Positions 1 to 9,632 of a stretch of 55,212 nt of DNA are shown here, piece after piece. The DNA lies in IMG/VR virus record IMGVR_UViG_3300046507_000356, positions 1 through 55,212 of that record; one strand, written 5' to 3'. The translations under genes and the position numbers were made by a program. The DNA is from a virus. Below the pieces are notes generated by a model that searched no databases, had not been told where the DNA came from, and saw only the letters and a program-made list of their open reading frames with translations. Position 1 is the stretch's first letter. Every line of letters starts with the position of its first letter.

Positions 1-127
1 CAATCTCCCTTCACTTCATCCAGAACCGAGCACCGCGGTAGTACTACGACGCTCTGGATCCGATCTACTTCCACCTCGCCCAGGCCCGCGATCTCGGCCG
101 ATCGCACTATGGCTTCCATCGACCTGG
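1..127. repeat. Terminal overlap copy 1 (identical to 55086..55212)
   Basis: Direct comparison of the first and last 127 bases: identical. Confidence 0.95.
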
Positions 128-239
128 CCACCAGAATGACCTCTTCGCCGTCCCGATTCTTCAATCCGACCGCGTAGCCGTTGATGCCACCGTCGCCGCG
201 CTCGTACGTCTGCAGCAGGTTCTTACCCACGGCTTTCAT
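1..239 (-). CDS. Hypothetical protein, 79 aa; 3' end truncated by the window start and completed across the circular junction
   Basis: ATG 239-237 preceded by GGAGAGG; frame open to base 1; stop TGA found at 55087-55085 in the duplicate copy; absent from the ORF track because it is truncated. Confidence 0.55.
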   Translation of the reverse strand, partial: MKAVGKNLLQTYERGDGGINGYAVGLKNRDGEEVILVARSMEAIVRSAEIAGLGEVEVDRIQSVVVLPRCSVLDEVKGD

Positions 240-585
240 GTGCCTCTCCTTTCTCTGCCTGCGGTTCGCTGGACAGCGGAGGCGCGGCGCGCCATGCATC
301 GAATTGGGCCAGGACATCCCGCCAGTAGTCGGCCGCGCTCCAGTTCTTGCTGTTGCGCTCGTGGTTGATGCACTCGGTCACGGCATCGCGCAGCTCGACG
401 AAAAGCTCCGATGCGTTCATGCCCTGCGCAGCTTGTGGCGATGTCGTCGCTCCTACATCGGCAGGCTGGGCGGCGCGGGCCTCCCATGCTGCCCACATGG
501 ACTCCTTCATACCGCCGAAACGGCCAGCCGCAAACCACGCCTCAAACGCTGCGCGCTCTGCCTCGACGTTCATCTCAATTCCCAT
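223..585 (-). CDS. Hypothetical protein (120 aa)
   Basis: ORF track; GAGGA RBS upstream of ATG 585; lies in the leftward operon. Confidence 0.6.
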   Translation of the reverse strand: MGIEMNVEAERAAFEAWFAAGRFGGMKESMWAAWEARAAQPADVGATTSPQAAQGMNASELFVELRDAVTECINHERNSKNWSAADYWRDVLAQFDAWRAAPPLSSEPQAEKGEAHESRG

Positions 586-588
586 TGC

Positions 589-1024
589 TCAGTCCTCGGT
601 ATGGTTGTTGTCCAGCGGGCAGTGGCGGCTCGACTTCGCCGGCTCGCCGTCGCGCAGCTGCGGGCATTGCGCGTGGCCGCATTCGCCGTCGCGGCCGGCA
701 GCGCAGCGCGTGAGCGGCGCGGCACCGCCTTTCTGTTCGCCCGGCTCTTGGGCGGGTGCTCGATAAATCTCGTCACCATAGGCTTCCCAGCATTGGGTGG
801 CGGGGAACGCGCCGCGCGCGCCTTCCGCCGCTTCGACGTACCACGAAACGTAGCCCTCGGGCGGCGGCACGCAGCGAAGCCAGATGTGCTTCGGCGCCCC
901 CAGCGGCCAGTCGTAGCCATCGGCGCGCGCCTGACGCATGAACTCGTCAGGGTCGTGGTGGCCCTTAGACATCAGCGAGTACGTGTCACCGCCAACGTTT
1001 TCGATGTCGAGCGGGTGAGTGCGC

Positions 1025-1032
<8 letters not shown>
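589..1032 (-). CDS. Hypothetical protein (147 aa), Cys-rich C-terminus
   Basis: Internal ATG at 1032 with AGGAAGG RBS; overlaps the stop of the upstream gene (ATGGCTAA). Confidence 0.6.
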
Positions 1033-3019
<1,987 letters not shown>

Positions 3020-3031
3020 GTCTTCAATCCT

Positions 3032-3208
3032 TCATAGTCCGTAGTACGTCGGCACTGCTGCATCACCGTCGATGTCGTCTTCCTCGTCCTCATCGGGCTG
3101 GTCAACGACCTGGTTGTTAACCGCGCCACACCCGGCGCACTCGGTATGGGTCAGGTTATAAATCGGCCCGCGCCATGTGACGTGACCGCCGCAAGATGCA
3201 CAGATCAT
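3032..3208 (-). CDS. Small zinc-ribbon protein (58 aa), acidic tail
   Basis: MICASCGGH...CAGCGAV; ATGA overlap with the upstream stop at 3205-3208; below the ORF-track size cut-off. Confidence 0.5.
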   Translation of the reverse strand: MICASCGGHVTWRGPIYNLTHTECAGCGAVNNQVVDQPDEDEEDDIDGDAAVPTYYGL

Positions 3209-4671
3209 TCGTCACCTTCTTTCTCGCCAAGGGCGCCAGTGTCATTGCTGGTTGCGGTGCTCGGAGCTGCGAAACGGTTCGCCATCGAGCGCAGCGACAT
3301 CGCGTGCATGCGGTAGCTTTCGCGCTCCAAGATGCCCGCCGTGTCACGCAAAGTCTGCACATCGGCCGCTCGCACTGCTGCTGCCTGCTCTGCCTGGGCG
3401 GGGAGTGCAGGAGCGGCGGAGTCTTGCAGCAGCGAGAAAAGGTGCCATGCCTCATGTTCGGCAAGGAAGTCATGCAGCGGCTTGTAGAACGGCGCGCGCT
3501 CAACCATGCGGGTCATGCGCTCGGCTTCTTCCGACTTGCCGAGGTAGTCCCAATACTGCGCTTCGGCGCGGTCGTAGGCATCGTGCTTACGGTCGCCAAT
3601 GTGCAGCAGCTCGCGCAGCGCCTTTTCGTCCCAATCGGTGCCGTAATCGCCGGTATCCCCGACTTGGTAGTCGTGCGTATAGTCCGCGAATGGGTTCTCG
3701 GCATCTTCGGCCAGGATGATCGCAAGCGCCTCTTCGCGGCCCTGAGCGCGATAATCAAGCGGTGTCGGCTCTGCCTGTGCCTGCTCTGCTTGCACAGGAG
3801 CGGCCACATAGGAGTCGTCGAGCAATGCGCGAATCGCGTCGAAGGCTGGCGTGGTGGCATCCTCGTCCTCGTCCTCGCACGCATCCATGCCGTTCAGCTT
3901 GTCGCCCATGTAGTTCATGGCTTCGTAGATCATAAGCAACGTGGCGCGCGGAACAGACACGGCGGTCTGCACCGGGGCGGCTGGCGCAGCCTTGGCTACT
4001 TCGCGTTCAATGGCGCGGGCGAAGCTGATGACAGAGAACCTGCCGTCCTTGTTGAGCGTGAAAGCATACTCGTCCTCGTCGGCCTCGATGCGCGCGAGTT
4101 CAGTAATGCGCTCGTCGCTCAGTCCCTCGCTTTGCTGAGGTGCTGGCGCGGCCTCCATCGGGGTCACGTTGTCCCAGCCAGTTTCGCCCAACTTCGCAAG
4201 CTGGCGCCCGATGTTCCAGTATTCGTACAGCCAATGATCGGTTGACGGCGGCGGGTTGCGATTCTCGCGCCCGTACTGGATTGCGCCGTCGATGGCAAAG
4301 CGCGCTTGCTGCTCGCTCGTACCACCCTCGGTTAGCGGTGCTGGCGCGGTGAGTGGCGGGGCCAACTCGATCAGTTCGGCGTGTGCGTGTGCTGCTGGCG
4401 CGGCAAGCGGCGTCGTCATGGCCCGATAGAGGAGATCGCACGACTGCGCAGACAGCACGACTTGGCCGCTGGTGTTGGCGACGTCGGCGAACACTCGCGC
4501 GATGGCGTCAAGTCCGGTGTATTCCGGGACCTCGCGTTGCGCGGGCTGGGCGCTTGCTGCAGCGGCTGCTGGCACTGGATACGCGTTCGCAAAATCGCTC
4601 CAGCTCAGCGGCACTTCAGCTCGCTTGTCGTCGACGCGGCGCGCCGGCTGGTTCTCGCTCTCGTTGGACAT
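3205..4671 (-). CDS. Hypothetical early protein (488 aa), Ala/Pro-rich linkers between acidic domains
   Basis: Long ORF in operon context; no recognisable motif. Confidence 0.7.
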   Translation of the reverse strand: MSNESENQPARRVDDKRAEVPLSWSDFANAYPVPAAAAASAQPAQREVPEYTGLDAIARVFADVANTSGQVVLSAQSCDLLYRAMTTPLAAPAAHAHAELIELAPPLTAPAPLTEGGTSEQQARFAIDGAIQYGRENRNPPPSTDHWLYEYWNIGRQLAKLGETGWDNVTPMEAAPAPQQSEGLSDERITELARIEADEDEYAFTLNKDGRFSVISFARAIEREVAKAAPAAPVQTAVSVPRATLLMIYEAMNYMGDKLNGMDACEDEDEDATTPAFDAIRALLDDSYVAAPVQAEQAQAEPTPLDYRAQGREEALAIILAEDAENPFADYTHDYQVGDTGDYGTDWDEKALRELLHIGDRKHDAYDRAEAQYWDYLGKSEEAERMTRMVERAPFYKPLHDFLAEHEAWHLFSLLQDSAAPALPAQAEQAAAVRAADVQTLRDTAGILERESYRMHAMSLRSMANRFAAPSTATSNDTGALGEKEGDE

Positions 4672-4685
4672 GGTTCGCTCTCTCG

Positions 4686-4865
4686 TTATTTCGGTTCGTT
4701 GTTGGTCTTGGGCTTCAGCTTTTCGCCGCTGTCGATCGCGGCCAGGTCTTCGTAGTAGCGGCTGGAGCCTCGGTTCGTTCGGTAGGTCTGCATAGCCTTG
4801 CGATCCTCCGGCGTCATGCCGGAGGTGTCTGGAGCGAAGTTACGACGGATGCGGCGCTTTCTCAT
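4686..4865 (-). CDS. Small basic protein (59 aa)
   Basis: MRKRRIRRNF...; ATGA overlap with the upstream gene at 4862-4865. Confidence 0.45.
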   Translation of the reverse strand: MRKRRIRRNFAPDTSGMTPEDRKAMQTYRTNRGSSRYYEDLAAIDSGEKLKPKTNNEPK

Positions 4866-5194
4866 GGCTGGCCTCCTGCACCTGTAGTTGCTGGTCTAAG
4901 TGGCTTCAGTAGGTCTGCCGCATCGGTCGGACGGAAGCGCTCCAGGCTCACTTCCATTTCGACTCCCTTGCCTGGCCACTTCGCTGCATATTCCTGAACG
5001 GCGTTGCGTGCGAACTCAACAGCTGCCTCGCGGTCTTCTTCGGCGAACCATGCGACGTTGGCCCAGCCGATGCTTACCTGCCACAACTTGACCCAGCCGG
5101 ACTGGCGGATGTCCTCGCGTCTGGCCGTGGCTTGTTCGATCAGGTTCGTCAGTTGGCTCTCGTCCAGCTTGGCGACATATTCTGCGTGGCTCAT
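4862..5194 (-). CDS. Hypothetical protein (110 aa)
   Basis: Start MSHAEYV at 5194, ATGA overlap with the rdgC stop (5191-5194). Confidence 0.6.
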   Translation of the reverse strand: MSHAEYVAKLDESQLTNLIEQATARREDIRQSGWVKLWQVSIGWANVAWFAEEDREAAVEFARNAVQEYAAKWPGKGVEMEVSLERFRPTDAADLLKPLRPATTGAGGQP

Positions 5195-6081
5195 GCTTTT
5201 GCCTCGCCGCCCAGGGCCTCGACCAGATCGGCCAGCAGCTTCGCGTACTCGCCTGTCATCAGCGCGAAGTCGTTGTCGAAGCGCTCGACCTCGTTGCGGA
5301 TTGCGGTGTCGTTTTCCTTGATGACGTCCAGCGGCTTGACGCTCTTGATCGACAGCTGCTCGGTGAGCACGAACGAAATGCGGCTGTTCCATGTCATGGC
5401 CAGGCGCACGCACTGCTTGCCGCGGGCGATGTGGTCGCGCATCTCGCCGACTTCGAGGGTGTGGCGCTTGTAGCCGACTTGGGCCTTGCTCTCGCCGGCG
5501 GCGCGCAGCGTGGCGTCCTGGTCGATGGTGAAGTTGCGCGGCACTTCATCGGAGTCCAGCCATTCCGTCATTACGGCGACCGGCGAGCGCTGCACACGTA
5601 GCGACTCGAGCGGCAGCTTGTCGACGGCCTTCAGCAGGAACTTGATTACGTCATCGGCTTTCGTCGGACTGCCCGAGTCGACCACGAGCCAGCCATTGAC
5701 CGGGTCGATCCAGGCGTACGTCTCGGACTTGACCGGGAACGCGCGCGGTAGCAGTTCATCCGCGACACGCTCGCGCAACTCCTTCATTGCCTTCTTCCCG
5801 GGCGGGAAACCTTGCACTTCCTCCAGCTCTGCGGCTTTATCCTTCGCGACCTGGTTGATCACCTTCGCCGGCAGCACCTTCTTTTCCGTGACGAGCTTCA
5901 GCAGGAACTGGCCATTCACGGTGTACACGAGCTGGCCGTTCTGTACGTCCCAGCCCTGGCGCAGCATCTCGTTGCTCGATGCCGGCGTAAAAGCCTGAGA
6001 GGCGAGGGCGTCGGCCAGGCGATCGGCGGTCATGTCCCAGTTTTTCGGAAGACGGTACACCTGCAGGTTCTTAAACCACAT
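5191..6081 (-). CDS. rdgC: Recombination-associated protein RdgC
   Basis: Characteristic N-terminus MWFKNLQVYRL and full-length (296 aa) RdgC-like sequence. Confidence 0.9.
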   Translation of the reverse strand: MWFKNLQVYRLPKNWDMTADRLADALASQAFTPASSNEMLRQGWDVQNGQLVYTVNGQFLLKLVTEKKVLPAKVINQVAKDKAAELEEVQGFPPGKKAMKELRERVADELLPRAFPVKSETYAWIDPVNGWLVVDSGSPTKADDVIKFLLKAVDKLPLESLRVQRSPVAVMTEWLDSDEVPRNFTIDQDATLRAAGESKAQVGYKRHTLEVGEMRDHIARGKQCVRLAMTWNSRISFVLTEQLSIKSVKPLDVIKENDTAIRNEVERFDNDFALMTGEYAKLLADLVEALGGEAKA

Positions 6082-6104
6082 GTCTTGGGTTCCTTCTGTT
6101 GTCG

Positions 6105-6236
6105 TTATTGGTGCGCGTTGAAGTAGCGCTGGTTTTCGATTCGTGCTTCGACGTCTTCCTGCAGCCTCCCGATCTCGGCCAGCAAGATCAGGACAGCGAT
6201 GAGGCCGACGACTGCCAAGCCGAGAAATCGCGTCAT
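6105..6236 (-). CDS. Micro-ORF, 43 aa, single predicted TM helix
   Basis: MTRFLGLAVVGLIAVLILLAEIG...; ATGA-coupled to the preceding micro-ORF. Confidence 0.4.
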   Translation of the reverse strand: MTRFLGLAVVGLIAVLILLAEIGRLQEDVEARIENQRYFNAHQ

Positions 6237-6355
6237 TGCGTCGCCGCCTGGCTGAACAGGATCACGAGGACCAGTCCAACCGCCGCGATGCAGCGGATCG
6301 CATGCGAGACCACTCGGGCTGTAACCTGGTCGCGGCTCATGGTCGCGGCGCTCAT
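6233..6355 (-). CDS. Micro-ORF, 40 aa, single predicted TM helix
   Basis: ...AIRCIAAVGLVLVILFS...; ATGA overlaps at both ends (6352-6355, 6233-6236). Confidence 0.4.
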   Translation of the reverse strand: MSAATMSRDQVTARVVSHAIRCIAAVGLVLVILFSQAATQ

Positions 6356-6474
6356 TGCGGCACCGAAGGGTCGAGAGTCGAGGCCAGGCAGATCGCGACG
6401 ATCGCGAGAGCCAGCATCAGGCGCGGGTGGCGGTCGGTCTGTTCGATACGGTGCAGCAGCAGGTAGCGGATCAT
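6352..6474 (-). CDS. Micro-ORF, 40 aa, single predicted TM helix
   Basis: MIRYLLLHRIEQTDRHPRLMLALAIVAICLAS...; GGAG RBS upstream. Confidence 0.4.
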   Translation of the reverse strand: MIRYLLLHRIEQTDRHPRLMLALAIVAICLASTLDPSVPQ

Positions 6475-6512
6475 CGTGGGCTCCAGGTGGTTGTCGTGGT
6501 CCTGTTTCAGTG

Positions 6513-6539
6513 CCAATGCCCCGTCGTGCGGGGCATTGG
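6513..6539. promoter_or_regulatory. Strong 11-bp-stem hairpin (CCAATGCCCCG-tcgtg-CGGGGCATTGG) inside the leftward operon, no U-tract
   Basis: Perfect inverted repeat read directly from the sequence. Confidence 0.5.
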
Positions 6540-6558
6540 GTGAATGAATGAGATCAGA

Positions 6559-6870
6559 TCAGGCGGCGAGGGCGTGTGCGGCGCCAAGGGCAAGGACTGC
6601 CGCTGCTACGCGCTTTGCCTTGCGATCTGCCATGTGTTTGACGTGCGCAGCGTGCTTGGCCAGGCGATCCGGCGTCACGCGCTCCCGGGCGAACTTCGCG
6701 ATGATGTTCACGCCGTACGTACCTTTAGGGTTGCTCTCGGAGCGCAGCTGTTTGCGGGTGCTGGTGGCGCCGCCGGAACGCGCGCGACGGTTGATGTTCT
6801 TCGTGGCCAGGTTTGCGGCTGCGCGGCGGATCTTGTACTGCTCAAAGGATTCGTTGGGCTTACGCTCCAT
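6559..6870 (-). CDS. Hypothetical basic protein (103 aa)
   Basis: Start MERKPNESF at 6870 with GGAG RBS. Confidence 0.55.
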   Translation of the reverse strand: MERKPNESFEQYKIRRAAANLATKNINRRARSGGATSTRKQLRSESNPKGTYGVNIIAKFARERVTPDRLAKHAAHVKHMADRKAKRVAAAVLALGAAHALAA

Positions 6871-6932
6871 GTCTTGCTCCGTAATTTGTAGTGCACTGGC
6901 GCCGTGCCGGCGGCTCTTTTCGAGCAAATGAG

Positions 6933-7361
6933 TTAATAGAGCTCGCGGGCTTCGGTGCACACGCGGATCGCAGCTCGTACGATCGCTGCGCAGATCGCTG
7001 CATCTTTATTCGGGTGGTCCGCGTACGATTCCGTGACGTCACGGCGGCGACTGCCGTTCCCTACGGAGACGGTGCCTTCCTCATCGTCGGGGCGCACGCT
7101 CAGGCCCAGTTCCCCGATCAGAGGGCCAGCTGCGCTCCACGACCGACGCCAGCGGGGCAGGGGCTTCGCTTCCGGAGCGAACGCCAAACGTTCGTGTCCG
7201 GCGGTAAGCAGGTTGCTGCCGCGGCGCGGCGCGGGAAGCAGATCGCTGTTCGGATCGATCTGAATCGGGGCGACGTAGCGGCGACGCAGCTTTGCCCAGG
7301 CAAGTTCGATCTCGTCGGCGAACGCCTGGCGCAGATAGTCGTCGCTCCACGGTTTGTTCAT
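6933..7361 (-). CDS. Hypothetical protein (142 aa)
   Basis: Start MNKPWSDDYL at 7361; operon context. Confidence 0.55.
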   Translation of the reverse strand: MNKPWSDDYLRQAFADEIELAWAKLRRRYVAPIQIDPNSDLLPAPRRGSNLLTAGHERLAFAPEAKPLPRWRRSWSAAGPLIGELGLSVRPDDEEGTVSVGNGSRRRDVTESYADHPNKDAAICAAIVRAAIRVCTEARELY

Positions 7362-7371
7362 GGTCGTCACC

Positions 7372-7566
7372 TCACGCAGCAATCGGCGGAAACTTCGCGT
7401 ACAGATCGCGCATGAATAGGTCGAACTCGACGTCATCCATGTCCGTGCAGTCGTGCCAGCCGGGCGTGCGCTGCGCAATCTCAGCCGGGTGAATCCAATC
7501 GCCTTCTCGGCCAGTGGGGCTCACCATGAAGCGCGAGCCGTTGTCTTTCGGGCTGGTCATCGTCAT
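7372..7566 (-). CDS. Hypothetical protein (64 aa)
   Basis: MTMTSPKDNG...; ATGA overlap at 7563-7566. Confidence 0.5.
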   Translation of the reverse strand: MTMTSPKDNGSRFMVSPTGREGDWIHPAEIAQRTPGWHDCTDMDDVEFDLFMRDLYAKFPPIAA

Positions 7567-7874
7567 GCCCTCGCAAGCATCAGGGCCTCGTCGATACGGG
7601 CAATGATCTCGTCGGCCCGGCCATTGCCGTAATCGGCGGTGTCGGTGCTGTTGACGCCGTTCAGGGCCAGCAGCTCGCGCGCATCGTCCAGCGCTGCCAC
7701 CAGCAGTTCGTGCGAGTTCACCGATCGAACGATGAAGGCGGCGTTGGCCCGATCCGACTGATGCTCGCCCATGCCGTCGCAGATACTGATTGGATCGCCA
7801 TTGATCGCGTAGATCGCTGTTGGGACCTTGGTGCCGGTCTCCCAGGGCGTCGGCGTGTGCTTCGTGTTCCTCAT
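7563..7874 (-). CDS. Hypothetical protein (103 aa), Ead/Ea22-like motif
   Basis: HTPTPWE...NAAFIVRSVNSHELLVAAL pattern. Confidence 0.65.
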   Translation of the reverse strand: MRNTKHTPTPWETGTKVPTAIYAINGDPISICDGMGEHQSDRANAAFIVRSVNSHELLVAALDDARELLALNGVNSTDTADYGNGRADEIIARIDEALMLARA

Positions 7875-8029
7875 CGTTTGCTCCTATTCGTCTCTCGCTC
7901 TGCCTCAACCATCGCCCACCCCAGCTCTCTCCGGATCTGCTCCGGCGCCGGCGGAGGTGTTCTGTCCGCCTGGCGTTGCTGCATCCAACTGCGCACTTGC
8001 TGATTGCTCGGCTTCGTTGTGTGCGTCAT
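7871..8029 (-). CDS. First gene of the leftward operon, 52 aa basic protein
   Basis: ATG 8029 with AGGAG (8035-8039 complement); ATGA overlap with the next gene. Confidence 0.5.
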   Translation of the reverse strand: MTHTTKPSNQQVRSWMQQRQADRTPPPAPEQIRRELGWAMVEAERETNRSKR

Positions 8030-8063
8030 TGCGGCTCCTGGTTGAGTTCGCTGCGTTGAAACC

Positions 8064-8092
8064 AGTATCACATACGTGTTTAAAAAAATCAA
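8064..8092 (-). promoter_or_regulatory. PL-like leftward early promoter (TTGATT-17-GATACT)
   Basis: -35 at 8092-8087 and -10 at 8069-8064 on the minus strand, each overlapped by an operator copy. Confidence 0.55.
8067..8080. promoter_or_regulatory. Operator OL-a (ATCACATACGTGTT)
   Basis: 12/14 match to the motif ATCACGTTCGTGTT shared with 12284-12320. Confidence 0.6.
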
Positions 8093-8118
8093 CACGAACG
8101 TGATGAATGGGTTAAAAT
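8089..8118 (+). promoter_or_regulatory. Candidate rightward promoter (TCAACA-18-TAAAAT) divergent from PL
   Basis: Hexamers read from the sequence; overlapped by OL-b. Confidence 0.3.
8091..8104. promoter_or_regulatory. Operator OL-b (AACACGAACGTGAT)
   Basis: Identical 14-mer to 12307-12320. Confidence 0.65.
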
Positions 8119-8124
8119 TTGTCC

Positions 8125-8558
8125 ATCTGCCGAGTTTGGTGGATTGCAAGCCTGGGGCAGGGAGGGGAACTCCGACGCGTAGGGCCTAGAGGGGAACCGA
8201 GCTGACGGCATCAGCCGCCCTACATGCAGAAAACACACAGGTGTAGGGGGATAGGTGAGACTGCGACCTGGTGAAAAAAACGGGGGGGCAAGGGTGAGAC
8301 TCACACAGGGTGGCGAAGAGAGAGCCCTGTACCCGAAAGTCTGTCGGATGGTGCCTCGGGCGCGAAAGCGCTTGTCGAGCTAACGCCTGAAGGAAGCGAA
8401 ACGTACGCGCTCGCGCATGCACGCGTATTAGCTATATCTCTGGGGTTGGGGGCTAGAGAAAAAAGACGTAAATAACGAAAAGATACCGCCGAGCACGACA
8501 GTGCGAGAGCTTGCGAAGCAAGCGTGCAGCGAAGCGGCTGTAGTAGAAGCCAGCTTGA
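8125..8558 (+). ncRNA. Candidate structured non-coding RNA or long leader (purine/G-rich, several GAA/GAAA-capped hairpins)
   Basis: No plus-strand ORF of 60 aa or more; hairpins GCGC-GAAA-GCGC (8361-8372) and GCTTGC-GAA-GCAAGC (8509-8523); nested helices GTAGGGC/GCCCTAC and GCTAACGC/GCGT-AT-TAGC. Confidence 0.3.
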
Positions 8559-8604
8559 TTAGATAACAGTCGAGTTGTCTATATTCTGAGTTCGAGTTAT
8601 CTAA
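8559..8604. repeat. 9-bp inverted repeat TTAGATAAC/GTTATCTAA enclosing direct repeats AGTCGAGTTGTCTA / AGTTCGAGTTATCTA
   Basis: Read directly; lies immediately upstream of the DUF5710-like gene. Confidence 0.7.
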
Positions 8605-8633
8605 TGCGCGCGTGCGCAGGAAGGATAGAGGCC

Positions 8634-8825
8634 GTGACCAAACTGAACGTGCCCTACGCGGAAAAAGACGAAGCCAGACGGTTGGGCGCTCGGTGGAATG
8701 CTGAGCTGAAGACTTGGTATGTTCCGCCGGGGTCAACGCTGACGCCGTTCGAGCGCTGGCTACCCAAGTTCGAAATGAAAGCGCCGCGTGCCGGTCGCGG
8801 GCCAAAGAAGAGAAAACCGAGGTGA
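8634..8825 (+). CDS. Stand-alone DUF5710-like small protein (63 aa from GTG 8634; alternative ATG 8604)
   Basis: LNVPYAEKDEARRLGARWNAELKTWYVP motif; GGAAGGATAGAGG RBS before GTG 8634. Confidence 0.65.
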   Translation: MTKLNVPYAEKDEARRLGARWNAELKTWYVPPGSTLTPFERWLPKFEMKAPRAGRGPKKRKPR

Positions 8826-8887
8826 GACGTGGTCTCGCGGCGCGCCAGGCCCGGCGCTACCGCGCACGTAAGCCGGCGCCATGGGCG

Positions 8888-8916
8888 TAAAAAAGCCCGC
8901 TTAGGGCGGGCTTGGG
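8888..8916 (-). terminator. Intrinsic terminator for the minus-strand accessory operon
   Basis: AGCCCGC-ttagg-GCGGGCT with an A-run on + (U-tract on the minus strand). Confidence 0.65.
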
Positions 8917-8917
8917 T

Positions 8918-9412
8918 TCAGTTCTGCTTGGGAGCCTTGGGCTCTGATGGTGTTGGCGCGGTAGGGCCCGCCGCAGCCGGCTGCGCATAGATGACGATCG
9001 GTTGCGGTGTCTGTTCGACTGGGCGCGAAGGCGCGCTTGGCTTGAGGGCATTGCTCATGGCCATAAAAAGACCACCAAAGCCAACAAACAGACCAATCAC
9101 CGTCGCAATCATCCACTTGTGCGTTTCGCCGGACGACTTCGCAATTTCCGCGCGAACTGTCGCCATATCGGTTTTCACCTCACCCGACGATTTTGTCACC
9201 TCGCCCTTCAGGTCAGCGATATCGAGTTTCGTCGCCAAGGTCGGGATGACCGTTGCGAACTGTGTCTCGAGAGCTGTCAAGCGTTTTTCCATGGACCCAT
9301 CATAGCCCCCGCCATCGCCACCGTCAAACGAACGTGTGTCTGCCTGGTCAGATACTCTGAGACGACGCACCTCTTCGTTGAAGTACCGCAAATTTTCAGG
9401 ATCGCGCTGCAT
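8918..9412 (-). CDS. Coiled-coil protein with C-terminal TM anchor (164 aa)
   Basis: Repetitive K/E heptad region, then WMIATVIGLFVGFGGLFMAM. Confidence 0.65.
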   Translation of the reverse strand: MQRDPENLRYFNEEVRRLRVSDQADTRSFDGGDGGGYDGSMEKRLTALETQFATVIPTLATKLDIADLKGEVTKSSGEVKTDMATVRAEIAKSSGETHKWMIATVIGLFVGFGGLFMAMSNALKPSAPSRPVEQTPQPIVIYAQPAAAGPTAPTPSEPKAPKQN

Positions 9413-9632
9413 TTTGGGCCTCCTCGCGAAGTGCCTCAGAAAGCGGGGCCGTGATGGTGTCGACAGTCTGCATTCGGTTGATGAGCTCCTGCAGTTTTTC
9501 GATTGCGGGCTCTCTTGTTGGCCCTGCAGGGAACAATTTTACAATCTCAATAATTGCGGAGATGGTGCTCATATTCGCAGTTGTCTGCGCCTGGATGAGA
9601 GCGGCTAGGGCCTGCAAGGTTTCGGGACTCAT
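9396..9632 (-). CDS. Hypothetical helical protein (78 aa)
   Basis: ORF track; overlaps the downstream gene by 17 nt. Confidence 0.55.
   Translation of the reverse strand: MSPETLQALAALIQAQTTANMSTISAIIEIVKLFPAGPTREPAIEKLQELINRMQTVDTITAPLSEALREEAQNAARS

Noticed and set aside
1-127. Terminal repeat as attL/attR or LTR of an integrated element
   Set aside because: A coding sequence runs through the repeat. The int gene and the tRNA-derived att core are internal, and no host-like flanking genes are present.
8125-8558. Retron msr/msd or DGR template region
   Set aside because: No reverse transcriptase gene exists anywhere in the window.
8186-8805. Minus-strand ORFs 8186..8422, 8089..8304 and 8428..8805 in the non-coding island
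   Set aside because: They have no RBS and an odd Pro/Ser/Arg/Cys-rich composition. One overlaps the well-supported DUF5710-like gene on the other strand.
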